DNA of 64,000 nucleotides from Gemmatimonas sp. GTDB taxonomy: Bacteria; Gemmatimonadota; Gemmatimonadetes; Gemmatimonadales; Gemmatimonadaceae. This document shows positions 16,859 through 24,964 of this stretch, piece after piece (positions within the stretch are counted from its first letter, which is position 1; the number at the start of each line of letters is the position of its first letter). The translations under genes were made by a program, and so were the position numbers. The notes under the pieces are model-generated. The model was not told the DNA's origin. It saw nothing but the letters and a program-made list of their open reading frames with translations, and ran no database searches. The stretch covers positions 21,675-85,674 of the forward strand of contig PNKL01000006.1 in assembly GCA_013822425.1 (NCBI GenBank), given 5' to 3'.

Positions 16859-17476
16859 GTGTCCTCTGTCACCAACCAGCGTCACTCCGCAGGGAATTCG
16901 CCCGCATGGGTCCCATCGCGCGAGGCGCTCCCCGCCCTGCTCAACGCCCGGGGCCTCCTTGGCATCGGAGTCGAGGTGGGTGTCAAGCAGGGGTTGTTTT
17001 CGGAACACCTCCTGACGCACTGGCTGGGCCGTCAGCTCATCTCCATCGACCCGTGGGCCGAAGATGACGCCGTGGCCTACGTGGACATTGCGAATGTGCC
17101 GCAACCGCAGCATGAGGCCTACTTCGCGGAAACGAGGGAACGGCTGGCGCCATTCGGGTCGCGCAGCTCGATATGGCGCATGACGTCCGCCGAGGGAACG
17201 GCGCAGGTCGAAGATGCGACGCTGGACTTCGCATACATCGATGCCCGGCATGACTTCGCTTCGGTCATGGAGGACTGCGCCCTCTGGCTGCCGAAGATGC
17301 GTCCTGGCGGCATTCTGGCCGGCCACGACTACATTGACGGCGAATTCCCAGCCGGCGTCTTTGGCGTCAAGAGCGCCGTCGACAAGTTCTTTGCCGAACG
17401 CGGCATCCAGGTGCATCACACGCTCTTCGACCGGCCATGGCTGTCGTGGCTGACGGTGATTCCACCGGCGGACTGA
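16859..17476 (+). CDS. Class I SAM-dependent methyltransferase (TylF/CmcI-like small MTase)
   Basis: GIGVEVGVKQGLFSEHLL (motif I), FAYIDARHDF, MRPGGILAGHDY. Confidence 0.75.
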   Translation: MSSVTNQRHSAGNSPAWVPSREALPALLNARGLLGIGVEVGVKQGLFSEHLLTHWLGRQLISIDPWAEDDAVAYVDIANVPQPQHEAYFAETRERLAPFGSRSSIWRMTSAEGTAQVEDATLDFAYIDARHDFASVMEDCALWLPKMRPGGILAGHDYIDGEFPAGVFGVKSAVDKFFAERGIQVHHTLFDRPWLSWLTVIPPAD

Positions 17477-17561
17477 CCGTCGCCCAGTTGATCATGGCCG
17501 CATTTGCCGCGTGATTCGGCGCGGACCAGGCGACCACAGCATCAGGGCAATACGACCCGCC

Positions 17562-17588
17562 GGCAGGCGGCATGAGTTGCCGCCTGCC
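17562..17588 (+). terminator. Hairpin downstream of the methyltransferase gene (no U-tract)
   Basis: GGCAGGCGGCA-tgagt-TGCCGCCTGCC, a perfect 11-bp stem, 86 nt after the stop at 17476. Confidence 0.45.
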
Positions 17589-17623
17589 CCACCTCCCGCG
17601 CGCAGAACGTTGCTTCCGGCAGA

Positions 17624-17665
17624 TTAGTCTCGTGTCGACTAACTCGTTCTGCCACATCGACTAAC
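17624..17665 (+). promoter_or_regulatory. Repeated motif upstream of the flgB sigma54 promoter (candidate enhancer/UAS)
   Basis: TCGACTAAC occurs twice (17635-17643 and 17657-17665), 22 bp apart. TTAGTC (17624-17629) forms an inverted repeat with the first GACTAA. The motif lies 41-82 bp upstream of the -24 element. Confidence 0.3.
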
Positions 17666-17705
17666 GACGTGTGGAACATCGCGGACGCCACCCCGGCGCA
17701 AATCG

Positions 17706-17720
17706 TGGCATTGTCGTTGC
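17706..17720 (+). promoter_or_regulatory. Sigma54 -24/-12 promoter upstream of flgB
   Basis: TGGCATTGTCGTTGC, i.e. TGGCA(T)-N5-TTGC at exact consensus spacing, 35 nt upstream of the flgB ATG. Confidence 0.55.
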
Positions 17721-17754
17721 GTTAGTACATCGCGGAACGCTTCCCCAGCTCCGC

Positions 17755-18072
17755 ATGCCGATGAACTTCATCAATCGCACGACCTCAGCCGCCCAACTGA
17801 AATCCAGCCTCGACATCAGCATCCAGCGCACGCGGGCAATCGCGGACCGTATCGCGCGCGCGTCGTTCGGTGTCCCCGCGGGTGACCCCGCGGGCCAACC
17901 GGTGTTCTCGATTCCCGGCGCAGGAGACGCCGCCGCTGCACGCAGCGACGGCCCCGTGGACCTGGAGAGCGAGATGGTGAGCCTGGCGGACGAACAGCTT
18001 CGCTACGAAGTGGCGGCCAAGCTGCTCGAGAAGACGTATGCCGGACTGCGGGCCGCCCTACAGGAGCGATAG
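17755..18072 (+). CDS. flgB: Proximal rod protein FlgB (divergent N-terminus)
   Basis: It sits directly before flgC. The C-terminal DLESEMVSLADEQLRYEVAAKLLEKTY is FlgB-like. The usual N-terminal NIAN..TPG motif is not evident. The track ORF 17671 start would include the promoter. Confidence 0.6.
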   Translation: MPMNFINRTTSAAQLKSSLDISIQRTRAIADRIARASFGVPAGDPAGQPVFSIPGAGDAAAARSDGPVDLESEMVSLADEQLRYEVAAKLLEKTYAGLRAALQER

Positions 18073-18074
18073 AC

Positions 18075-18506
18075 ATGACCTCTCCAATCGGTTCACTCGA
18101 GCCACAGCCCACGGAGCGGCGGCTCTTCAAGACCCTCGGAATCGCCGCGAGCGGGCTCACGGCGCAGCGACTGCGCATGGACACGATCGCCCTGAACCTT
18201 GCCAACGCGGAAACCACGCGCACCGAAGCCGGTGGTCCCTATCGGCGTCGAGTGGTCGAAATGGAAGCCGGCGACGCACCGGGCAGCGGCGTTCAGGTGA
18301 CTGGCATTGCCGAGGACCCCTCCGAGGGGCCGGTCGTGTACGAGCCGGGACACCCGGACGCGAATGCGGACGGCTACGTGCGCTACCCGAACGTCCGCAT
18401 CACCGATGAGATGATGGACCTGATGGATGCGCGCCACCTCTTCGAGGCGAACGTGACGGTGTTCCAGGCGGCGAAAGCCATGCTGCGCCGCGCCATCGAC
18501 ATCTAG
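18075..18506 (+). CDS. flgC: Proximal rod protein FlgC
   Basis: ...GIAASGLTAQRLRMDTIALNLANAETTRT...GYVRYPNVRITDEMMDLMDARHLFEANVTVFQAAKAM. Confidence 0.9.
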   Translation: MTSPIGSLEPQPTERRLFKTLGIAASGLTAQRLRMDTIALNLANAETTRTEAGGPYRRRVVEMEAGDAPGSGVQVTGIAEDPSEGPVVYEPGHPDANADGYVRYPNVRITDEMMDLMDARHLFEANVTVFQAAKAMLRRAIDI

Positions 18507-18517
18507 AGGACATCCGC

Positions 18518-18880
18518 ATGAACATTCCCGTCGTCCGACCCCCGCTGGGTGATCTTCTCGCAACGCGCGAGCAGCCCGCCACTCGTCCTGCCGATTCGCA
18601 GCCGGCGCCACGCGGGCTGTCGGTGCATGGTGGCGTCGCGCCAGCGTCGGGCGCGCTGGTCGCATCCACCGCCCCGTCGCGAACCGGGTCGGGCCTGCCC
18701 GTGCAGGCGCCGACCGGAACTGATCCGGCGCTCTGGAGCATCCTCACCGCCGAGGAGCGCACCTTCTTCGCGCGCCAGGCCACGTCGGGGCCACTGACGT
18801 ACTTCAAGGTGATGATGCCGGACAGCACCTCGCCCGGCATGGCGGCGTCGCGCGGCCGTCGCATCGACGTGCGGGCCTGA
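18518..18880 (+). CDS. Hypothetical 120-aa protein inserted between flgC and fliE
   Basis: ATG preceded by AGAGGA. High GC3 frame. Pro/Ala/Ser-rich N-terminal half, then LWSILTAEERTFFARQATSGPLTYF. No family recognised. Confidence 0.55.
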   Translation: MNIPVVRPPLGDLLATREQPATRPADSQPAPRGLSVHGGVAPASGALVASTAPSRTGSGLPVQAPTGTDPALWSILTAEERTFFARQATSGPLTYFKVMMPDSTSPGMAASRGRRIDVRA

Positions 18881-18882
18881 CC

Positions 18883-19230
18883 GTGAGCGATCCCATCGGT
18901 GCGGCCGCGGGCCGCTTGAACGCCGCGCTCACGGCCATCCGTGACCAGGATGGCGACACGCGGGTGCGCCAGGTGCCGGTCTTCCCGACTGGTGCGGACG
19001 GAGCCGGCGGCGGGTCGTTTGGGGACTCGCTGACGCGCGCACTCAATGACGTGTCGGCGCGACAGGACACCGCCGCCGGCACCCTCGGCGCGTTCCTGCG
19101 TGGCGACAACGTCGAGTTGCACCAGGTGATGGCGGCGACGGCGGAGGCGCAGATATCCCTGCAGCTGCTCATCGAGGTTCGCAACAAGTTCGCCGAAGCC
19201 TACCGGACGCTCTCGACCATGCAGGGCTAG
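18883..19230 (+). CDS. fliE: Rod/MS-ring adaptor FliE
   Basis: ...SFGDSLTRALNDVSARQDTA...VELHQVMAATAEAQISLQLLIEVRNKFAEAYRTL. GTG start. Confidence 0.85.
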   Translation: MSDPIGAAAGRLNAALTAIRDQDGDTRVRQVPVFPTGADGAGGGSFGDSLTRALNDVSARQDTAAGTLGAFLRGDNVELHQVMAATAEAQISLQLLIEVRNKFAEAYRTLSTMQG

Positions 19231-19235
19231 GGAAT

Positions 19236-20780
19236 ATGCTCAACGATCTGCTCGATCGAATTGGTGGCCTGCGCCGCATACTCATTGGCGGCGTGGGCCT
19301 TGGCGTGGCCATACTCATTCTCGTCAGCTCCCGCATGGCGTCGGCGCCGGTCTGGGTGCCGGCCATCACCAACGTGCCGCTGCAAAGCGCGTCGGACCTC
19401 ACGACTCGCCTGGAGCGGGCGGGCATTCGGTTCAAGCTGGCTCGTGGCGGTGCGGAGATCTTGGTTGCGGAGCCAGACGTCGCGCGTGCGCGCGTGACCC
19501 TGGCCAAGGACGGGCTTCCCGGTGGGAGCCGCCCCGGCTTCGAACTGTTCGACCGCCCGTCCTGGGGATGGAACGATTTCACGCAGCGGGTGAACTTCCG
19601 TCGCGCAATCGAGGGAGAGCTCGAGCGCACGATCGGCGGAATGAGCGGCGTCGAACGGGCCGAGGTGCACCTGGCCATGGCCGAGCAGACCGCATTTCGC
19701 CGTCCGGACGACCCGCCGGTGACGGCCTCGGTACTGCTGGCGCTGAAGCAAGGCGGGGCTCCCAGTCCGGATATCGTTCGCGGCATCGGACAGCTGGTCT
19801 CGGCCAGCGTGGAAGGGCTCGCGCCAAAACACGTGAGCATCCATGACGAGACCGGGCGTCAGTGGTCCGAACCGAGCGACGATGCCTCGGGAGTGGGCCT
19901 CAGCAGTCGGCAGCTGCGCATGCAGCAGGACGTGGAGCGGTACCTCGCCAGGAAGGCCGAGGAACTCGTGACGCAGATGGTCGGCGCCAGCAACGCGCGC
20001 GTGCAGGTCGCGGCGAGCATCAACTTCGACAAGGTCGAGCGCACGACGCAGTCGGTGGACCCGGAAAAGCAGGCGCTCTCGTCCGAACAGAAGGCGGAGA
20101 TTACGCCAGGCGCCCAGGGAGGCGCGGCGTCCACGAATGTCACGGCGAGCTACGACAACTCCAGAAGCACGGAGGTGTTCTCCGGCGCCATCGGCAGCAT
20201 CCGGCGACTCACAGTGGCGGTGCTCGTGAACCAGGCGCGCGTGCCGTCCTCCGATCCCGCCGACACGCTGCCCCGGTTTGCGCCGCGCACGGCGGCGGAA
20301 TTGGCGCAGATCGAGGCGCTGGTGCGCACCGCCGTGGGGATTGATACCACGCGTGGCGATGCCGTGTCCGTCGTGAGCTTGCCGTTCGAGATTCCGCGGG
20401 TGACCCGCGAACCGGCGGCACCGCCAACCCTGGGCGAGCGGGTGCAGGAGCTCCAGCGTCCGGTCCTGACCGGCGTCGGGTTGATACTCGCGTTCGCCCT
20501 TGCCCTGCTGGCGATCCGTGCGATGCGCGCCATGCCGCGACCGCAGGCGACGCTCGCGCTGGCCGGCGGCTCGGCGGGCGCGCCGCACACGGCCGCGCAC
20601 GAGTTCCCCGCGCAGCTGAGTCATCGCGCGCCGGCGGCGCACATCCCTGCCACCCCGCCTCCGCCGCGCTACAACTTCCGCCCGGCGGACACGCAGGTGC
20701 GCGACAAGGTCATCACGACCGTGGATGAGAACCCGGACAACGCCGCACGTCTCGTGAAGGCCTGGATCAAGGAGGGCTGA
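19236..20780 (+). CDS. fliF: MS-ring protein FliF
   Basis: N-terminal TM segment, then ...RLERAGIRFKL...AEILV...ARARVTLAKDGLP...GFELFD...FTQRVNFRRAIEGELERTI, and a second TM segment near the C-terminus. Confidence 0.9.
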   Translation: MLNDLLDRIGGLRRILIGGVGLGVAILILVSSRMASAPVWVPAITNVPLQSASDLTTRLERAGIRFKLARGGAEILVAEPDVARARVTLAKDGLPGGSRPGFELFDRPSWGWNDFTQRVNFRRAIEGELERTIGGMSGVERAEVHLAMAEQTAFRRPDDPPVTASVLLALKQGGAPSPDIVRGIGQLVSASVEGLAPKHVSIHDETGRQWSEPSDDASGVGLSSRQLRMQQDVERYLARKAEELVTQMVGASNARVQVAASINFDKVERTTQSVDPEKQALSSEQKAEITPGAQGGAASTNVTASYDNSRSTEVFSGAIGSIRRLTVAVLVNQARVPSSDPADTLPRFAPRTAAELAQIEALVRTAVGIDTTRGDAVSVVSLPFEIPRVTREPAAPPTLGERVQELQRPVLTGVGLILAFALALLAIRAMRAMPRPQATLALAGGSAGAPHTAAHEFPAQLSHRAPAAHIPATPPPPRYNFRPADTQVRDKVITTVDENPDNAARLVKAWIKEG

Positions 20781-20781
20781 C

Positions 20782-21822
20782 GTGGCGCCGTCCACTGCGC
20801 TCGCACGGATCCGCGAGGAGCCGGAATTCAACGGACGCCAGAAGGCGGCCATCCTGTGCATGGCCCTCGGAGCCGAGCACGCCGCCAAGATCACGCAGCG
20901 CCTCTCGAACGACGAAGCGGAGCTGATCACGTTCGAGATCGCGAGGATGGAGCGCATCGCGCCCGACCGCGCCGAGAGCGTGCTACTCGAGTGGATCGAA
21001 TCGACGGTCGCGTCGGAGGCACTCGCGACCGGCGGCGTCGACTACGCGCGCGATATCCTGGAGAAGGCGTTCAACGTCCAGAAAGCGCAGGGCATTCTCA
21101 AGCGCGTGGTCAGCCAGCTTGCCGACACCACCGGACTGCGCCGCCTGCGCAACGCCGACCCGCAGCAGATCGCGAACTTGCTGCGCAACGAGCATCCGCA
21201 GACGGTCGCGCTGATTCTCGCCCATCTGCCGTTCCCCCACGCAGCGGCCGTTCTCAAGGACACGGATCCGGTGGCGAGCGGCGAGATCGCCTTCCGCATG
21301 GCGCGCATGGAGAAGGTGTCGCCCGACATGCTGCTGCTGATCGAGAAGTCGCTTGGCGCCGACACTGAATTGGACTTCCAGCAGGGACTGGCGCACGCCG
21401 GCGGTCCCGCTGCCGTGGCGGCGATGCTCAACCTCCTCCAGGGTGCGCTCGAGAAGCAGATTCTCGAAAAGGTCGCCGAAATGGACCCCGCGCTGTCGGA
21501 GCAGATCAAGAACCTGATGTTCGTATTCGAGGACCTGCGCGGCGTCGGCGACCGGGAAATCCAGCGCCTGCTGCGGGAGATCGAGACCAAGACGCTCGCT
21601 CTCGCGCTCAAGGGCGCAAGCGCGGAAGTGCGCGAGCGCATCATGTCGCAGATGTCACAGCGCGCAGTAGCATCGCTGACGGACGAGATGGAGATGCTGG
21701 GCCCCACCCGAATGAAGGATGTCGAGACGGCGCAGGCCCAGATCGTGGCACAGGCGCGCGCGCTCGAGGATGCGGGCGAGATCGTGCTCAACGCAGCGGG
21801 CGATGATATCGTCGTCGGCTAG
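20782..21822 (+). CDS. fliG: Rotor/switch protein FliG
   Basis: FNGRQKAAILCMALGAEHAAKI...EIARM...MFVFEDL...REIQRLLREI...ALALKGA...V..RI..MS.RA. Confidence 0.95.
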   Translation: MAPSTALARIREEPEFNGRQKAAILCMALGAEHAAKITQRLSNDEAELITFEIARMERIAPDRAESVLLEWIESTVASEALATGGVDYARDILEKAFNVQKAQGILKRVVSQLADTTGLRRLRNADPQQIANLLRNEHPQTVALILAHLPFPHAAAVLKDTDPVASGEIAFRMARMEKVSPDMLLLIEKSLGADTELDFQQGLAHAGGPAAVAAMLNLLQGALEKQILEKVAEMDPALSEQIKNLMFVFEDLRGVGDREIQRLLREIETKTLALALKGASAEVRERIMSQMSQRAVASLTDEMEMLGPTRMKDVETAQAQIVAQARALEDAGEIVLNAAGDDIVVG

Positions 21823-21829
21823 GGGTGCC

Positions 21830-22429
21830 ATGGCGCCCGACGGCGACACCCCGGCGCGCGCCGATGCCTGGCGCCCGGCTGACCTGGCGTTCGTGCCCCC
21901 GCCGGGACGTGCGTCCGGCGCGCCCGACCCCGTCACCGATGCCTACACGCTCGGATTCGAGGAAGGGTTTCATGAGGGCGAGATGGCCGAGCAGGCCCGG
22001 CTGCAGGCGGCGCGGCGCGCGGCCGAGGAAGCGCTCGATGTCATCCGGGTGAACGAGGAGCGGTGGAGTGACTCGATCTCCGAGAACATCGTTGCTCTTG
22101 CCGTCGCCGTGGCGCGCCACGTCGTGGACCGGGAGCTGGCGCTCGATCCAGGCATTGTGGAACACATCGTCTCGAAGGCGATTGCGGCGTTCCCGATCGA
22201 CCAGCCGGTGCGGGTCCGCGTGAACCCGAACGACCTCGCGGTGTTGGATGCCGCCGGCCTGACCGCGGGTGATGGCCTGGACGCGGAGCAGCGGCCAGCG
22301 CACTGGATCGCCGACGCCCAGATCAACACAGGCGGATGCGTGGTTGAGGGGCGCGACCGCATCGTGGACGGCCGCGTCGACACTGCCCTCGAACGTGTCT
22401 ACCGTCGACTGGCCCATCAACATGCCTAG
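21830..22429 (+). CDS. fliH: Export ATPase regulator FliH
   Basis: GFEEGFHEGEMAEQARLQAARRAAEE...IVALAVAVARHVVDRELALDP...GGCVVEGRDRIVDGRVDTALERV. The internal ATG was chosen; the track ORF overlaps the fliG 3' end. Confidence 0.8.
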   Translation: MAPDGDTPARADAWRPADLAFVPPPGRASGAPDPVTDAYTLGFEEGFHEGEMAEQARLQAARRAAEEALDVIRVNEERWSDSISENIVALAVAVARHVVDRELALDPGIVEHIVSKAIAAFPIDQPVRVRVNPNDLAVLDAAGLTAGDGLDAEQRPAHWIADAQINTGGCVVEGRDRIVDGRVDTALERVYRRLAHQHA

Positions 22430-23756
22430 CGTGTTCGAACGAAAGATCGCCCAGATGCCGCGCTTGCCGCGGTACGGCCGCGTCGTGCGCATCACGGGGC
22501 TTGTGGTCGAGGTGGTCGGCATCAACGTCGGACTCGGCGAATTGTGCCGCGTGTCGTCGCTTGCCGACTCGCACTCGGCCCTTGGCGAGGTGTGCGGCTT
22601 CCACGAACGCGGCATCCTGCTGATGGCACTCGGGGAGCTTGAGGGGATTCACCCGGGAGCCATGGTGGTGCCCCTTGGGCGCACGTCGAGCGTCGATGTG
22701 GGGCCCGCCCTCCTCGGCCGCATACTCAACGGACTTGGCGAGCCGATCGACGGCGGTCCGCGGATCGCGTATACGGACCGCATGCCGCTCGCGGCCGAGC
22801 CGCCGAATCCGTTGCACCGTCAGGTGATCTCGCGGCCGCTGGAGACCGGAGTGCGCGTGATCGATGGGCTGCTGACGATTGGCCGGGGCCAGCGCATTGG
22901 CATCTTCGCCGGTTCCGGCGTCGGCAAGAGCACCGTGCTCGGCATGATCGCGCGCCATGCGGTGGCCGACGTCAACGTGATCGCCCTCCTGGGGGAGCGC
23001 GGCCGCGAGGTCAGAGACTTCATTACCAATTCACTGGGGCCCGAGGGCCTGGCGCGGTCGGTGGTCGTGGTCGCCACCGGCGATCAGTCGGCGGTCGTGC
23101 GTGCCCGCGGCGCGCTGGTGGCGACGGCGATTGCCGAGTATTTCCGCGATCAGGGCAAGCAGGTCGTACTCATGATGGACTCCATCACGCGCGTGGCGAT
23201 GGCGTGGCGTGAGATCGGCCTCGCGGTGGGCGAACCGCCAACGACCAAGGGCTATCCGCCCTCCGTGTTCGCGGCACTGCCCCGCCTGCTCGAACGCGCG
23301 GGCAACGGGATGGGCGGTGGCATCACCGGGCTCTACACCGTGCTGGTGGACGGCGACGATTTCAATGAACCCGTGGCCGACGCCGCGCGCTCGACGCTCG
23401 ACGGCCATATCGTGCTCACGCGCAAGCTCGCCAGCGCCGGCCACTATCCGTCGGTGGACATCCTGGAGAGCCGGAGCCGGGTGAAGGACCACGTGACAAG
23501 CGTCGCCGAGCAGCATGCCGCGCTGCGCGTGCTCCAGTGCGAGGCCAGCTTTCGGGAGAAGGAAGACCTCGTGCTCGTCGGCGCGTACCAATCCGGCACC
23601 GACCCGGTGCTGGATGCGGCGATCCGCCTGCGCGACCCCATCCGTGACTTCCTGCAACAGGACGCCAAGGAAGCCACACCCTATGCCGCCACGCAGCGGC
23701 AGCTCGCCGAATTGGCGTCGCGGATCGACGCGGCCGTTGGCCGGAGGGTCGCATGA
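22422..23756 (+). CDS. fliI: Flagellar type III export ATPase FliI
   Basis: Walker A GSGVGKST, Walker B VVLMMDSITR, and ...GSITGLYTVLVDGDD... The ATG overlaps the fliH stop (ATGCCTAG). Confidence 0.95.
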   Translation: MPSVFERKIAQMPRLPRYGRVVRITGLVVEVVGINVGLGELCRVSSLADSHSALGEVCGFHERGILLMALGELEGIHPGAMVVPLGRTSSVDVGPALLGRILNGLGEPIDGGPRIAYTDRMPLAAEPPNPLHRQVISRPLETGVRVIDGLLTIGRGQRIGIFAGSGVGKSTVLGMIARHAVADVNVIALLGERGREVRDFITNSLGPEGLARSVVVVATGDQSAVVRARGALVATAIAEYFRDQGKQVVLMMDSITRVAMAWREIGLAVGEPPTTKGYPPSVFAALPRLLERAGNGMGGGITGLYTVLVDGDDFNEPVADAARSTLDGHIVLTRKLASAGHYPSVDILESRSRVKDHVTSVAEQHAALRVLQCEASFREKEDLVLVGAYQSGTDPVLDAAIRLRDPIRDFLQQDAKEATPYAATQRQLAELASRIDAAVGRRVA

Positions 23757-24226
23757 GCACCGGACGCTTCACCTTCCGCCTGCAACGGTTGCTGGCGCTC
23801 CGCCAGATGGCCGAGAACGCCGCCTCCGTCACGCTGGGCTCGGCCCGGGCCGCAGCCAGCGCGATCCATGCCACCCAGACCGCGCTCTCCGCCCGTCGCG
23901 CCGTCGCGCGGGACACCGTATTTCCGTCGGCTGGCGCCACGCGCGGCGTGGCCGAGCTGACGCGCGCCGCGCTCCTCGTGGAGCGAATTGACGGGCACGT
24001 CGTGGAGGCCGACAAGGCGGCGCGTGGTGCGGACGAGCGGGTGCGCGACTCGCTGGCGCGCCTCGGTGAGCGTGTGCAGGCACGGCGCATGCTTGAACGG
24101 CTGCGCGAGCGCCACTTGGCGGAATGGACCCTCGGCGTCGAACGGCATGAACGTGAGGTCATGGACAGCCTGGCGCGCAGGCCGTCAGCTCCCGGCAGTG
24201 AGACGACCACCCCTACCAACGGCTGA
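23753..24226 (+). CDS. fliJ: Export chaperone / ATPase stalk FliJ
   Basis: RFTFRLQRLLALRQMAENAA... is a coiled-coil of 157 aa. ATGA overlap with fliI. Canonical position. Confidence 0.7.
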   Translation: MSTGRFTFRLQRLLALRQMAENAASVTLGSARAAASAIHATQTALSARRAVARDTVFPSAGATRGVAELTRAALLVERIDGHVVEADKAARGADERVRDSLARLGERVQARRMLERLRERHLAEWTLGVERHEREVMDSLARRPSAPGSETTTPTNG

Positions 24227-24229
24227 ACC

Positions 24230-24964
24230 ATGCTGCGCATAGTCCTGCCCCTGCTCGTCGCCTTCGTCATCGCCGCCGGAGGTGCATCGGGCATCTACGT
24301 ACTCCAGGCCGGGAAGGCCGTGGTGGTCGCGCCGGACTCCAGCGCCATCGTCGCAGACGACAGCAGCGACGCGCCGGGCGCAAGCGATGCGCCCGAGCCC
24401 AGTGGGTCCCCGGCGCCGTCACCGCCGCCCACCGCGTCCGTCGACCCGTCGGCGATGCCCTCGGCGATGCCGTCGGCCACGCGTCCGATGCCTGCGGTGG
24501 CTCCAGCAGCGCTGGCAGTTTCGGCAGCGCCGCCAGCTTCGGCGGCTGCAGCGGCTGCAGCGGCTGCAACGGCTGCAGCGGCTCCAGCGGCTAAAGCGGC
24601 TAAAGCGCCTCCAGCGTCGGCGACCGCGGCCGCTCCTGGGCCGCGTGCCGTGCGGACAACAGGTGCGACGTCCGTGAACGCGGCAGCGGAAACAGCTTCC
24701 TCGACGACCGCAGCTTCGCCGCCCGGAACCCGCATGATCTCCTCGCCCGGCGTGTTCATTGGCGGTCGCATTTCGAAAATCTTCACGGCAATGCCGGCCA
24801 AGCAGGCGGCCAAGGTGCTGGAGCAGATGGCGGATGCGGATGTTGTGGTGATCCTCGGCAGCGTCACCGACCGCAAGGCCGCCGAGATCCTGTCATTGCT
24901 GCCCCCGCAGCGGGCGGCGACCGTCAGCAAGTCGGTGCTGACGAACAAGGGGAGCGACAAATGA
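24230..24964 (+). CDS. MotE / MgtE-N-like flagellar protein with a long Ala/Pro-rich linker
   Basis: N-terminal TM segment and a low-complexity AAAAATAAAAPAAKAAKAPP stretch. The C-terminal ISKIFTAMPAKQAAKVLEQMADADVVVILGSVTDRKAAEILSLLPPQRAATV is an MgtE intracellular N-domain-like motif. Confidence 0.65.
   Translation: MLRIVLPLLVAFVIAAGGASGIYVLQAGKAVVVAPDSSAIVADDSSDAPGASDAPEPSGSPAPSPPPTASVDPSAMPSAMPSATRPMPAVAPAALAVSAAPPASAAAAAAAAATAAAAPAAKAAKAPPASATAAAPGPRAVRTTGATSVNAAAETASSTTAASPPGTRMISSPGVFIGGRISKIFTAMPAKQAAKVLEQMADADVVVILGSVTDRKAAEILSLLPPQRAATVSKSVLTNKGSDK
24542..24613 (+). repeat. In-frame 9-bp tandem repeat (~8 units, GCGGCTGCA and variants)
   Basis: Read directly: gcggctgca x3, acggctgca, gcggctcca, gcggctaaa x2, gcgcctcca. 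It encodes an (A-A-A/P/K)n tract. Confidence 0.9.

Noticed and set aside
19227-20957. 576-aa minus-strand ORF antisense to fliF
   Set aside because: The same reasoning applies. It has an Arg-rich composition, and fliF motifs occupy the plus strand.
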